Shown here: positions 39,761 through 51,800 of the stretch, in pieces
Numbering within the stretch: the stretch's first letter is position 1
Layout: each line of letters opens with the position of its first letter
Source of the DNA: the human T2T-CHM13v2.0 reference genome, Homo sapiens
DNA: 64,000 nt
Direction: 5' to 3' (one strand)
Assembly: GCF_009914755.1 (NCBI RefSeq)
Contig: NC_060929.1
Translations under genes and position numbers: made by a program
The notes under the pieces: model-generated
Seen by the model: the letters and a program-made list of their open reading frames with translations, nothing else
Told to the model about the DNA's origin: nothing
Databases searched by the model: none

Positions 39761-41099
39761 GTCCTGCTTTTCTAACAACTGAGCTAGATTGGATTTTCAA
39801 GCCACCCAGTCTTGTGTAAACGACCTCATACCGGTCTTTTTTACCCCCTCAGAATAGACCATGTATAGATTCGTTGATGCATGACGACCATTCCAGCCCA
39901 TTCCTTGCTAGCTTTTTCATTCTCTTCCAGTCCGCTTTGACTGTGCTACTGTTTTCCTGGTTTTCTACAGAATAGCAAGTCCTTCTGTAAGGATCAACCT
40001 GCATCTTGCTCGCTTAAATAAATGCTTATTACCTAGGGAGCAGGAATATTAAGAAATGGAGTGCAGGAAGTTTAAGAGCATGTGTGTGTGTTAGCAGTCC
40101 CATCTCTCTCTCTCTCACACACACATACACACACACGCAAGGGCTGTTTTCTTTGTTTTAATCAATGTCAGAGAAAAATATAAACTGGGCAGGCATCTCT
40201 GCTGGTGTGTAGTTTCTGATAGAGGACGCCTCCAAACCGGAACAGGGAGGATTTCCGAAACAGGACTTTGAATAGAGTTGACAATCAGGTTCACATCCTC
40301 AGAAAAAGCCTTCCAAGCTATGTCAGCAACACAAAGTTGCACCACCTCCTGGGTAAACTTCAAAGACACAGAGGCCAGCGGGTGGAAGGAAGTGTGATAT
40401 TTAGAGAACTTAGTGGGGCGGGGGAGAGTCTGAACTCATCTAGACAAACTAAAAAAAATAGCAGAAATATAGTCTGTGTGAAGCTACAGTACCCAGTTTC
40501 TTTCTAAAACTGTAACCATGACGCCCATGCGTTTTAGCCGTAGAAGAACAAATAAGGAAGTATCCTTAGTGGTACTGGAGTTTCTAATTCAAATTATAAC
40601 ACATTAATCTATCCAACGTCAAATAGAAAAAAAAAAAGTAGAGAAACAGAGTATACCTATTTCCTGCTTTCTAAGCTTTAACTTCAGCCCTTCGAGAAAC
40701 CATCTATCTCCAGTATCTCCTTAGGTGATAGGACATTGAAAACAGGCAACCGTTTGGTGAATAAAGACATTTCTCTTGAGTTCTGCCCACAGATTAAAAG
40801 GACAAGGACACACGTTCTTTGTTGACACTTCTGCAGTGACTTCTCCTTTGGCGAGAGAGCACCCAGGGCCAACACAACTGTCACCACAACCACACAGAGC
40901 AAGTTGAACTCATACTGGGAACAGCTTAGAGAAGCACGCACATCTCAACAACAGCCTTTGTTATTTAATTCATGACACTAACCACGCGCAAGCTCAAACA
41001 AACACACATGCTATCCTAACCATCACTCTACCCTCTATATTCACATTTCATTTATGGCTTGACTTTTTGTCATATCCTGAAATGAAGCTTTGCATTTAC

Positions 41100-41212
41100 C
41101 CGATGAGTTGCGTCTCCTGGTGCTCCTCAGTTCTTGCTATTTCTTTTGTCTTATAAAAGATCAGGAGCAGACTTATTGTGCAGATCGTCCACCTCTTCCT
41201 AATGGAGCGCAT
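41100..41212 (-). CDS. ST8SIA4: ST8SIA4 coding exon 1 (113 bp coding; cytoplasmic tail and TM signal-anchor)
   Basis: CCCAAG ATG CGC TCC ATT AGG AAG AGG TGG...; [37 protein letters not shown]; donor ATCGG|GTaaat. Confidence 0.97.
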
Positions 41213-41351
41213 CTTGGGTGCCCGAGAAAGTCCTGGTTGCCCCAGCTCCCGCACCTTCTCTTGATATAAAGGCTCCGTTTTGGGGAGATAGTCGCGGGGG
41301 TGAAATCTGTAAAATGCGAGGAGAGCTTGGAGCCGGGATCCCGGGATCAGA

Positions 41352-41498
41352 TCACTGGGGTCTTCTGTGGCCGAGCTCCCTCTGGTCCTCGAACGCTGCC
41401 CAGCGACCTCTCGCCCTGTTTGCGCCAGCTCTGCCAGGGTCGCTCCGCGCCGCCTCCCTGGGGCTCAGGTTTCTTTTCAGATGAGACACCTTGTGCAT
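41352..41498 (-). other. Candidate 48-codon upstream ORF in the ST8SIA4 5'UTR
   Basis: Only ATG between the core promoter and the main ATG; open to TGA at 41352-41354. Confidence 0.55.
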
Positions 41499-41529
41499 TG
41501 GAGGTGGCGGCAGCTTCTGCAGCTGGGTT

Positions 41530-41695
41530 CGGGGGCGTCACTGGCCCTTCCCTCTTGCTAGGAGATAAACGCTGCGCAAAGCCAATCACCAGGCTGAGGG
41601 GGCGGAGGCTGCTTGGAGAGTAACGTCCCCGGCTCTGCCTGCTCTGTGCCGGGAGAGGAAGCTCACAGTGCTACGCGCCTGCGAGCTCGCGCACA
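41530..41695 (-). promoter_or_regulatory. ST8SIA4: ST8SIA4 core promoter in CpG island: CCAAT (NF-Y) box 41582-41586, GC box (Sp1) 41598-41607, CRE half-site 41536-41540, NRF1-like gcgcctgcg ~41675-41683
   Basis: aagccaatcacc and gggggcggag read directly, ~370-395 bp upstream of the ATG in CpG-rich sequence; no TATA box apparent. Confidence 0.75.
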
Positions 41696-44600
41696 TACAC
41701 ATATACATACATACACACATACATACATATGCACACACACGTACACGCAGAATCACACACACTCTCCTGGGACATCAAAGCATCAGCTCTCTGGACCTGG
41801 GAGCTCCAAGATAGTCTATCCGCATCTAGGTGAGAGGGCACCTCGCCTGGGGACAGATTACAAAAGCGTCCCGCCAGAGGAATGCTTCAGGTAGAGCTAG
41901 GGGTGGATTGCAAGAAGAGTACCTTCTTTCAATCGCTTTTGCTAAACACACACCCTCACACGCAAAAACACGCCCTCCAAGGTGGAGTGAAACGGGGTGC
42001 GGGGGTGGGGACGGCGGTGGAAGGAAGAAGACTTTTATTACTCAATCTGGAAAGTGCAAATACACACATGAACCTGTTAGCCGATGGGCCCACTCTGCAT
42101 GGGTGGTGGACGACGACCCTGGCTCAGGATTCTGCAGGAAACAAGTGATGATAGAGGTGTCATTAGGAACTTTATGGATATTTATGCGCCTCCCTTTCAT
42201 TGCCATTTGGAAACTCCTCACGCAGAAGTCAAGGAAACTCCAATCCCACTTAAACTTCATTGCGGAGAAACAGAGTTCTGAAAAAAAAGCAGCTACCATG
42301 GACCTCTCTTTTAAACGCAAGTACACCCACACACATTCGGATACCAAGGAAGGAAGGAAAGAAAGAAAGGAAAGAAAAGGGAGGGGAGGAAGGAAGAGCA
42401 AAGTCCTCTCTAAAAGTCTCAATTATATATATAGCCTCTGATTGTCACCTCTCCTCCGTCCCACCATTTTTCGTACTTGTATTGGGTGGCAGGGACACTT
42501 TTCAAGAGTTCTGTGTTCGATTGTTCACTCTGAGTACCTCTCCACCATCCTCCAGTCGTTGCCCTCATTGGGAGAGATGCTTGCTACTCTGCTAGTACCA
42601 CGCCTTGGTTCCGGTCTTTACTGTTGGCTGGTAGGTCGGGAGGCACCTCTAGCATGAGACAGTGTCTGGAAGCCAGGATTTCCCTCATCTATATGCGCCG
42701 GTCCCCAGCTCCCTGGTCGCCAGGGTTTCTCTCCAGTTGAATTCCGTGTTCCTTCAGGTTGAACAGTAGCTTCAGCGGTTTTTCACGCTCAGAAATGATG
42801 AGGCCCAATTCCAATCTTCCCTCCCGCCGGAAGTAAGAAGGGGAATTCTGAGTTGCTTGTCGCCTGACAGCTTAAAATAGCAACGAAAACAGCCAGCATC
42901 TTTGCTTAAAAACCCAAGGTTCCCGCCAGTGTTTACCATACTTCCTCTAGAGTTTAAGAAGTTAAGAACTTCCGAGATCTTGAATTTCCTCTTTGCAGCA
43001 CAGCGAACGGGGTCGGGTATAAAAATGCTCCAAGGAGCAAGTAATTACGAACGTTTATTGACACTACAAGTGGCCCACAGGGAGCCTTTCGAGTTTATTG
43101 ATGTCTAGGCAAATCCAGCCTGCATTAATGCATTTCTGTTAGATTGACTTCTGTTAGACTCACTTTTCTTCTGGCAAAAACTGCCAGAATAAAACAGCTT
43201 CTTATTTAAGTTAAAAGGGATCCGGGGCTGAGGGCAGGGGTCGGGTGGGAGAGGGATGCATGGTTAGGATGCTAAATTCTCAAGGATAAACTTTGATTTT
43301 TAAACAGTAGACAACTATATTTTAGATTATAGGTAAAACATCACTCTCTGTCAGGGATAGAGTAATATGCATCGTTTCATTAAACTCATTATTTCTTAAG
43401 CAATGGTTATGGGGCAGGCAATGTGTGCGGAGATGGGAACACAAAGATGAATAAAACTTAGCATCTAGTCAGACACAAATCCTACTCACTCAAAGGGGGC
43501 ATCTTTTAAAAATAATAATTTACAGTATGGCAACATGAATCAGAAACATCATTTAAAATATATATGGTATCTGAGTAAGCTCCTGGGTTGAAGCAGATGG
43601 GGTGTTTAAGCCTTTTGAAGCCCGGAAGATGAGTTTCCGGGTGAAGGGGACACACAGACTCCTGTTTTCAAAGCTGACAAGGAAGTAAGCCAAGCAGAGG
43701 GAGGATAGAACATTGCAGGTGGAAAAAGGAGTATGCGCAACTCCAGAGAGTAATAAAACTCTGGTGCTTTGGGGCAACTTTGAAGTGGCTCAGTACTGTT
43801 AGAAGGGAAAGTGGTAAGGGAGAGTGCTGGTCCAAAAGTTTCGGTGTACTCATAATATTCTATGGCTCCAGAGTGTGGAACAGTCTTCTGTAATGAGAAA
43901 GCCACAAGAAAATCTTCAAGAGGAAAGTGAGTATAATCTATATTAAGCTTTAAATTACATTAGGGGAAACTACTTACCTAGCCCAAACAGGAAAAAACAA
44001 ACAAACAAACAAAAAAAGAAAAGAAAAAAAAAAAAAAAAAAGAGCGAAACGAAAGCAATCAAGAACTAGTTATAGGAACACATAAGACAAATTTAAATGT
44101 CCAGAAGAAAAATAAGTGAACTCTCCAATTGTATAATGCTGCTGTTTCTGAATTTTTTAAGTACAGAACTTTTTATATTAAGGCGAGCAATTCTGAATGA
44201 CTGATAACTGTTCAGCGAGACTCCAGGAATTCTTCTTCCCAAATTAAAGCAATTTAGTGTTTGGAGTGTAATTGAATGCCATTTGTTTAATATTGTTAGA
44301 TTCGTTAAATATATAGCCATTATAATTTGCCAATTAAAAAGAAGCCATACAGGCCAATACTTAGACAAAAGTGAGGACAGCATGGTTTTTTCTCAATATG
44401 TAAATAGGTGCAAGAACTATAAATATTGGATAAAAAGTCTTTTGGAATTAACTTCTATTAGAATGCTTAGTTTGATGTTCCTGAGCACCAAAAGACTATA
44501 AAGAAGTCTTTTGGAATTAACTTCTTCTATTAGAATGCTTAGTTTGATGCTCCTGAGCAAATAAGATTGTTTCTAAATTTTCATTTGATCTTTGGATTGT

Positions 44601-44839
44601 AAGTTCTTCAATAAAGAGAATATATTTGTCTTTATTCAGCACAATTCTACAATTATACAATAGCCTATAAATAAATAATGTGAGTAATGGCAGCTGGTTT
44701 TAAAATGATACTTTATCCTTTGACTTAATGTAAATTCATGTTTTCATTGCTGGCTGTACTCTCAAATCTAGCTGGCAAGAAATGAATAGATACTTGCAGT
44801 CTCATGGTGGAGTTTTTAATGACCCATGACATTTTTAAT

Positions 44840-47180
44840 AGACTTTTTTTTTTTTAGAAAACATTTAGGTTTATGGCAAAATTGAACAGAAAATAGAGAG
44901 TTCCCATATAACTCTACCTTCTCCCCATACTCAGTCTCCCTATCAACATTCCTCATCAGAGCAGTACATTTCTTTTTTTACATTCAATGAAACTACATGT
45001 ACATATCATTATCACCTACAGTACATAGGTCATATTAGGATTCATTCTTGGTGTTGCACATTTTATGGGTTTTGCCAAATATATACTGAACATATATTCA
45101 CCATTATAGTATAATACAAATTAGTGTCACTGCCCTAAACATCCTCTGTAATCTGATTATTCATGCTTCTTTCTCACTCCCGGTCACCCCAGGCTCTGAC
45201 TTCCCTAATGTTTTTACTGTCTCCACAGTGTTGCCTTTTCAAGTGTCATATAGTTGGAATCATAGAGTATGTAGCTTTTTCTGATTGGATTCTTTAACTT
45301 AATAATATGCTCCATTATTTTCATGGCTTGAAAAACAAATTTTTTTTCATGGCTTGAAAGTCCATTTTATTTTAGCACTAAATAAAATTCATTATATGGA
45401 TATATCAAAGTTTATCCACTCACTTACTGAAGGACATCTTTATTGCTTTCAAGTTTGGGCAATTATGAATAAGGCTGCTGTAAACATCTGTGTACAGTTT
45501 TCTGTGTAGATGTAAAGCTTTCAACCCAGTTGGGTAAGTAGAAATAAATAAGATTGTTGGATTATATGGTAAGAATATGTCTAGTTTTGAAAGACACTGC
45601 CAAAGTGACTTCCAAGGTGGCTGTACCATTTTGCATTCCCATCAGCAATGAATGAGAGTCCTTGTTGTTTCATATCCTTGCCAACATTTGCTGTTGTATT
45701 GGTTTAGATTTTGACCATTATATCAGATGTGTAGTAGTTGTATCTTACTGTTGTTTTAATTTGCAATTCCCTGATATTATATGATGTTGAGCAATTTACA
45801 CATGTTTATCTTCTATGGTAAGGTGTCTGTTCAGAACTTTTGCTCAGGTTTTTAATCAGGTTCATTTTCTTACTCTTGAGTTTTAAGAGTTCTTTCTATA
45901 TTGTGGATAACAGTTCTTTATCACATCTCTTTTTGAAAATATTTTCTCTCAGTTTGTGGCTTGTCTTTTCATTCTCTTGACAGTTTCTTTCACAGAACAG
46001 AGGGTTTTAATTTTAATGAAGTCCAACATATTAATTATTTTATTGATGATTCCTTTGATGTTGTATTTAAAATCTAAACCTAAGATAAACTAGATTTTTA
46101 AGATATGTTACCTTTTAGGCATTTTATCATTTTCTGTTTAGGTCTATAATCTATTTTGAGTTAAGTTTTGTGAATCATGCAAAGTTTGTGTCTGGATTAT
46201 TATTTTTTTATCATGTCAATGTCTAATTGTTTCAGCACCATTTGTTGAAAAAGCTGTCTTCTCTCCATTGTATTGACTTTGCTTCTTTGTCAAAGAAACA
46301 AAAGGTTAAATATATTTGGGTGGGCTATCCTGTGCTTTCTATTGTCTTCCATTGATCTATTTGTCTATTCTTTCACCAATACCACACTCTCTTGACTGCT
46401 GAAGCTTTATAGTAAGTCCTGAAATAGGGTAGCATCAGTCTTCCAACTTTATTCTTTTCCTTTAATATTGTGTTAGCTATTCTGGGTCTTTTGCCTCTCT
46501 GTGTAATCTTTGGAATGAGTTTCTTTTTTCTTTTTTATTTATTTATTTATTATACTTTAAGTTTTAGGGTACATGTGCACAACGTGCAGGTTTGTTACAT
46601 ATGCACACATGTGCCATGTTGGTGTGCTGCACCCATTAACTCCTCATTTAACATTAGGTATATCTCCTAATGCTATCCCTCCCCCCTCCCCCCCACCCCA
46701 CAACAGGCCCCGGTATGTGATGTTCCCCTTCCTGTGTCCATGTGTTCTCATTGCTCAATTCCCACCTATGAGTGAGTGAGAACATGCGGTGTTTGTTTTT
46801 TTGTCCTTGCGATAGTTTGCTGAGAATGATGGTTTCCAGCTTCATCCATGCCCCTACAAAGGACATGAACTCATCATTTTTTATGGCTTTGAATGAGTTT
46901 CTTGATATCCAAAAAAATCTTATTGGGATTTTGATTGAGCTTGCACTGAATCTATGTATCACGTTGGGAAGGAATGTCATCTGGATAGTTTGAATATTTC
47001 TAGCCATGAATATGGACTATCTCTCCATTTATTTAGCTGTTCTTTAATTTATTTCATTACTTTTTTTTTACCTTTCCTCATGTGGATCTTATACATATTT
47101 AATTAGTTTTATACCTGAATATTTTATTGTTTGGGGAGTTAATGTAACTGACACTGTGTTTCATTTCAAATTCCAATTGC
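44840..47180 (-). mobile_element. Old L1M (L1MC/MB-like) 3' region, interrupted by a young L1PA
   Basis: aaaattgaacagaaaatagagagttcccatata 3' end; ORF2-like relic (MVQPPWKSLWQCL); continuous degenerate L1 minus-strand sequence. Confidence 0.8.
46526..46890 (-). mobile_element. Young 5'-truncated L1PA (L1PA3/4-like) 3' end with 13-bp TSD
   Basis: tatactttaagttttagggtacatgtgcac...gaactcatcattttttatggc; TSD gaatgagtttctt at 46513-46525 and 46891-46903. Confidence 0.92.
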
Positions 47181-47237
47181 CCTTTGCAGGAACTCATGGC
47201 ATTTTTTTTTAATAATGGAAATGTTAAATAGTATATA

Positions 47238-47645
47238 CTTCAGAGTTTTTTCTTCAGAGAAAAAGAACCAATAACATTTGTATGGATAGTGAAAATGAGA
47301 TTTATTTTAAGGTGTAGACCTCATGATGCGTGGGCTTGCAATTCCAAAACCTGCAGAGTAGTCTGACAGGCTGGAGACCTAGGGAAGAGCTATCTTCCAT
47401 GTCTGAAGACAGTCTAGAGGCAGAATTCGCTCTTACTTAGGGAACATCCATCTGTTTTTAACTAAGACCATCAACTGATTGATTTAGGCCCACCCACATT
47501 ATGGCGGTAAATCTACTTTACTGATAGTTTTAACTGATTTAAAAGTTAATTTTATTTAAAGAATACTTTCACAGCAACATCCGGCCTTGTGTTTGACCAC
47601 ATATCTGAGTACCATGGCCTAGCTAAGTTGACACAGAAAATTAAA
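47238..47645 (-). mobile_element. MLT2-type ERVL LTR
   Basis: cagagaaaaagaaccaata...gagatttattttaagg...aggcccacccacattatgg...ggcctagctaagttgacacagaaaattaa. Confidence 0.75.
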
Positions 47646-50184
47646 AAGTTGAAATTTTTTTTGTGGTTATACAATATAGTGAGGAGTATTCATGCTTAGC
47701 TTTTTACCTATGAATGAGGAAAAGCATATAAATGAGAAAACTGCTGTTAACCACTGGGCAATTATTTCTCTTTCATTTCTTTCTGGACAAGACATCTAGT
47801 TTAAGTATTTTTTTCTAAATTAATTTTTACCCACATGAATTCCTATGAAATATTAATATTTTTCTGTATGTGTATTCACATACCTTCTTCTTCTGTTACA
47901 TTTTTTCATCCATAATAACCAGATATAATAAGCTTATGATAGAAAGATGACCTTGACATTAGGGAAAAGACACAATCATGAATCTAGTATAATTTCTGAA
48001 AGAACAGAAAAATTCCATCATTGTCCTTATCAATTCCTCCTCATGTTTGACCTGTGTAACTTATAGCATTATCCTTTGCATTTAGTACTCTGATCTCTCT
48101 TTAAACATGAATGTCCTTGCAAGAGGCAATTCTTAGGTAACATTAGTCAAATAGTCTTCAATTTGTAATATCCATTTAGAATGTCCTTTGAAAGACATCT
48201 TTTAACTACTTTTGGTCAAATAGATCCAATTTGTAATAAGCTCTTCAATTGCTCACAGTCCACATTTTAATTGTTTATCTACATTTATCTCCTTTAGTTA
48301 TATAGTCCAGGTTAGTATTGTTTTATTTTCTACTGTATAGACCCCTAAAATGTTGTAAACAAACAAATAGACTATCGCACACATGTTTTGGGAAATCACA
48401 GATGTCCTGTTTTAATACCTAGCAATATATTTCCTTTTCTTTGTTTTCTTTTTGCTGTTTTTCTGATCAAATGTGATAAGAGGAACTGTCTAGTAGGAAC
48501 AGAGTAATCAGTAAACAAAATATCCCTCCAACCTGCTCTCCTATTGAAAAGTCATCATTTACTAGGCAATTTTCTATGTCACTATCTCTAGGAAGTTTAT
48601 TATTTGGAGTTGTAATTTCTTCATATTTGTGGGCTTTTTAAATATTCTCACTTGTATGTGGTTTAGCCAACTTATTTCACCTGTCATAGGATCTTTTGTC
48701 TCTCATACTGTCCAATCCAATCACCCACTTAATTTCTTCATTTGAGTAACTCATCTTCCTTTTATTCTATTTTTAACCCTTCATATTAAAAGCAAAAGGA
48801 GAAATAATGTTACATATTGTGCAAGGCTAAAAATTTATTTGTATAAGTCCATGTCTTTTGAGATCTACACACCTACATAACTGCTTTTAGAGTTCTAATA
48901 AAAACAGTGAGTATCACTGAAAAATATTGCATCAAAATACATATTATTACATGGAGCAGTTCTATGTACATTGAATTTTGTGAAGGAAATGACATTTTAA
49001 ATATTCTTTTAATATTTATTGTTTGAATGTTATAAAAATAAGAATACTGAAATCATTAATGACAGACTAAGTGATGGACATAGCCTGTAGAAGACTTTTG
49101 TTTCTTTGTAAATTGGGTTGAAATAGAACACCCCCCCACACACACACACAGTGCCAGTACTTCAAATTGCTTTTCAGAAATATCATGCGATTTGTTAATG
49201 CCAGACTTACCTACTCTAAGAGTAACAATTAGATGGAGTTGAGTAACAATTGTGTCATCTTACTTTATCTTAAATTTTTGTTTATTCCAAAAATTTTATT
49301 CAGTGATTTAATTTACTTGGACCCTACATGAATTTGAGTTTGCAATCCTTAAAGTGAATAATTCTATTACGACATACAAATTTCATAACTGACCTGCTTA
49401 ATAGATTAAAGTTTCAATAATCTTAGCATTTGTAAAGTGAATAGTTGAGGAAATAACCAAATAAAACTCGTATGAACTAAAGTTTGATGCCAACTCTAGA
49501 GATGCCTAATCAGTCAGCAGGAGAAAGTTGCTCTGGGAGAATGAATCAATAGATATTTATTGGAGGGAGCCTGTGGGAATACAAGAAAAATAATGAATCT
49601 TATTCACATCTGACCTGGGCCTACCCAACATAATATAAATAATTGATCTCTCCTCTGTATTTCCACAATTATAATTGCCTACATTTCACCAGAAAACTTT
49701 ATGTCAATACCTATGGATAGCATAGATATTGTGGTTAAGCACATGATGCTTACAAATATCAAAGTTTATGCAAATTGTGACAGCTTATGTTAGTTGCTGT
49801 CTGATTGTAATCCCATCAATAGAAAAAAACAAACAAATACATATTAAACTCTACCAAAAGATCCAAACTATCAGGATTTTTAATAACTTTTGTATGACCT
49901 ACATGTAAAGAAAGTTATTTGCTTTGTGACTACATGTCTTACATGGGAACATGAAGAAGGTAGCAGAGTGGATTTTTCCACATGTTTTTGGCAGATTAAT
50001 AAATTTAAAGTGAGTTCTCAGGAATGAATTGATTATTGTAACTTTTTTTAAAGTGTAAAATTCTTGTGAACACTAACCTAGAACCTATAGAGATTTTGAA
50101 AGTGTGTAGCTAATATTACAGACAGCTACTATATCTCTACTAAGGTGAGCAGAGAGGTTTGGACAATTGATGATTCTTGTTTAT

Positions 50185-50496
50185 TTTTATTTTATTTATT
50201 TATTTATTTATTTTTGAGACGGAGTCTTGCTCTGTCGCCCAGGCTGGAGTGCAGTGGCGCGATCTTGGCTCACTGAAAGCTCCACCTCCCAGGTTCACGC
50301 CATTCTCCTGCCTCGGCCTCCCGAGTACCTAGGACTACAGGCACCCGCCACCAAGGCCGGCTAATTTTTTGTATTTTTAATAGAGACGGGGTTTCGCCGT
50401 ATTAGCTAGGATGGTCTCTATCTCCTGACCTCGTGATCTGCCCACCTCGGCCTCCCAAAGTGCTGAGATTACAGGCTTGAGCCACCACGCCCAGCC
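50185..50496 (-). mobile_element. AluY with 16-bp TSD and (TTTA)n tail
   Basis: aagctccacctcccaggttcacgccattctcc; gtattagctaggatggtctc; TSD gatgattcttgtttat at 50169-50184 and 50497-50512. Confidence 0.95.
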
Positions 50497-50799
50497 GATG
50501 ATTCTTGTTTATGGATGCTGAGATCTCTTTGAGGATGTAGTCACCTATAGGAAGCATCAAAAGTAGCCTCATATCAGGAAATCTCTATGACAAACTGTAG
50601 CACCAACCCAAATAGACACTTCAAACTAACAGTTGATTCAACTACCCACCTAATCAGTTGGCATAGTTATTCACAATCTGTATGTAGTCAAGGGGTTAAA
50701 GATGAGACTAAAACCCCAAAGAAGACTTTGGAAATGATGTATGTTTACCTGCTCTCTTTACATAGAAAAAACTGAATTAGTGTTAGCAAGTGATTTGCA

Positions 50800-51800
50800 T
50801 GTGGTATTCATTCATTCATTAATCAAAACATATTTCCTGTGCACATGCTCTTTGCCAGGCATTAAACTAGACACTAAGGATATAGCAGAATACAAAACAG
50901 AAAAACATCCTCCTCTTGAGGGCTATCATTTTTAGATGTAGAAAGGTATAATAAAAGGAAAAAAATGGAGGTAATTATTGTGATTAGTGCTATGAAGGAA
51001 CCAACAGGGCAATGTAACTGAGAGTAATAAAGGAGCTTTTCTTTGAATAGGATTTCCATCCAAGGGCTTTCTGAGGAGGTGACATTTGAATTGAAACCCG
51101 CAGAATAAGAACAGAATGGGGAAGAGCCTTATAGTATGAAAGAATAGAAAGTGCAAAGATTAGGAAGTGGAAATTGTAGGCAGAAACGTCAGGAAATAAA
51201 GAATACAATGGAAGCCATTATACTGAGCACAATAAATTAAGAAAGATAGAATAGTATATAGGGATGGATTTATTGAAAGCAAATTTCTGAAATAACTATA
51301 CCAAATTCTAAAAAAGCAAACCGATTTAGGACATGTAATATTATTTTTAGGCAGTGATGAATTTAAATAGAGTCCTGTCAATACAGTTATATGACTATTT
51401 TCAGTTGAGTTCAGTTGTACGGAGTTTAGACATAGAAAATGTATGTACTTGAGTTCAAGCAGTGAAGAGAAAACAAGAGTTGTAAGTGCTTAAAAACTCA
51501 TGATAATAAATATGAACCACCAAATATAAGAGGGTAACAAGGAGAGTGAAAACAGAAAGGGAATCATGCATAAAGATAAAATCTAAAGCTCCTTGGGATG
51601 AAATCTCAATTTTGAGGTACTACCTGAGAAGTTGAGCTGAAAAGATGAGAGATATTTAGTAATACTGAGAAAGTGAGATGGTTACAACTTGGATTTCTGG
51701 GGGAAAATAAGTCATTGATGTACAAGAGTGTTTCCATGGGAACAGAAAACTAAATCAAGGTGAAACCAGATTTTGCTAGATATGAGGGAGTAAAAGACAG
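50800..51800. mobile_element. L2 fragment
   Basis: attcattcattcattaatcaaaacatattt...tgccaggcatt...ctgaggaggtgacatttga typical of the L2 3' end. Confidence 0.65.

Noticed and set aside
41830-42441. 203-aa plus-strand ORF divergent from the promoter
   Set aside because: GTG start, low-complexity segments from G-rich and purine tracts, no recognisable domain; long ORFs are expected in GC-rich promoter DNA.
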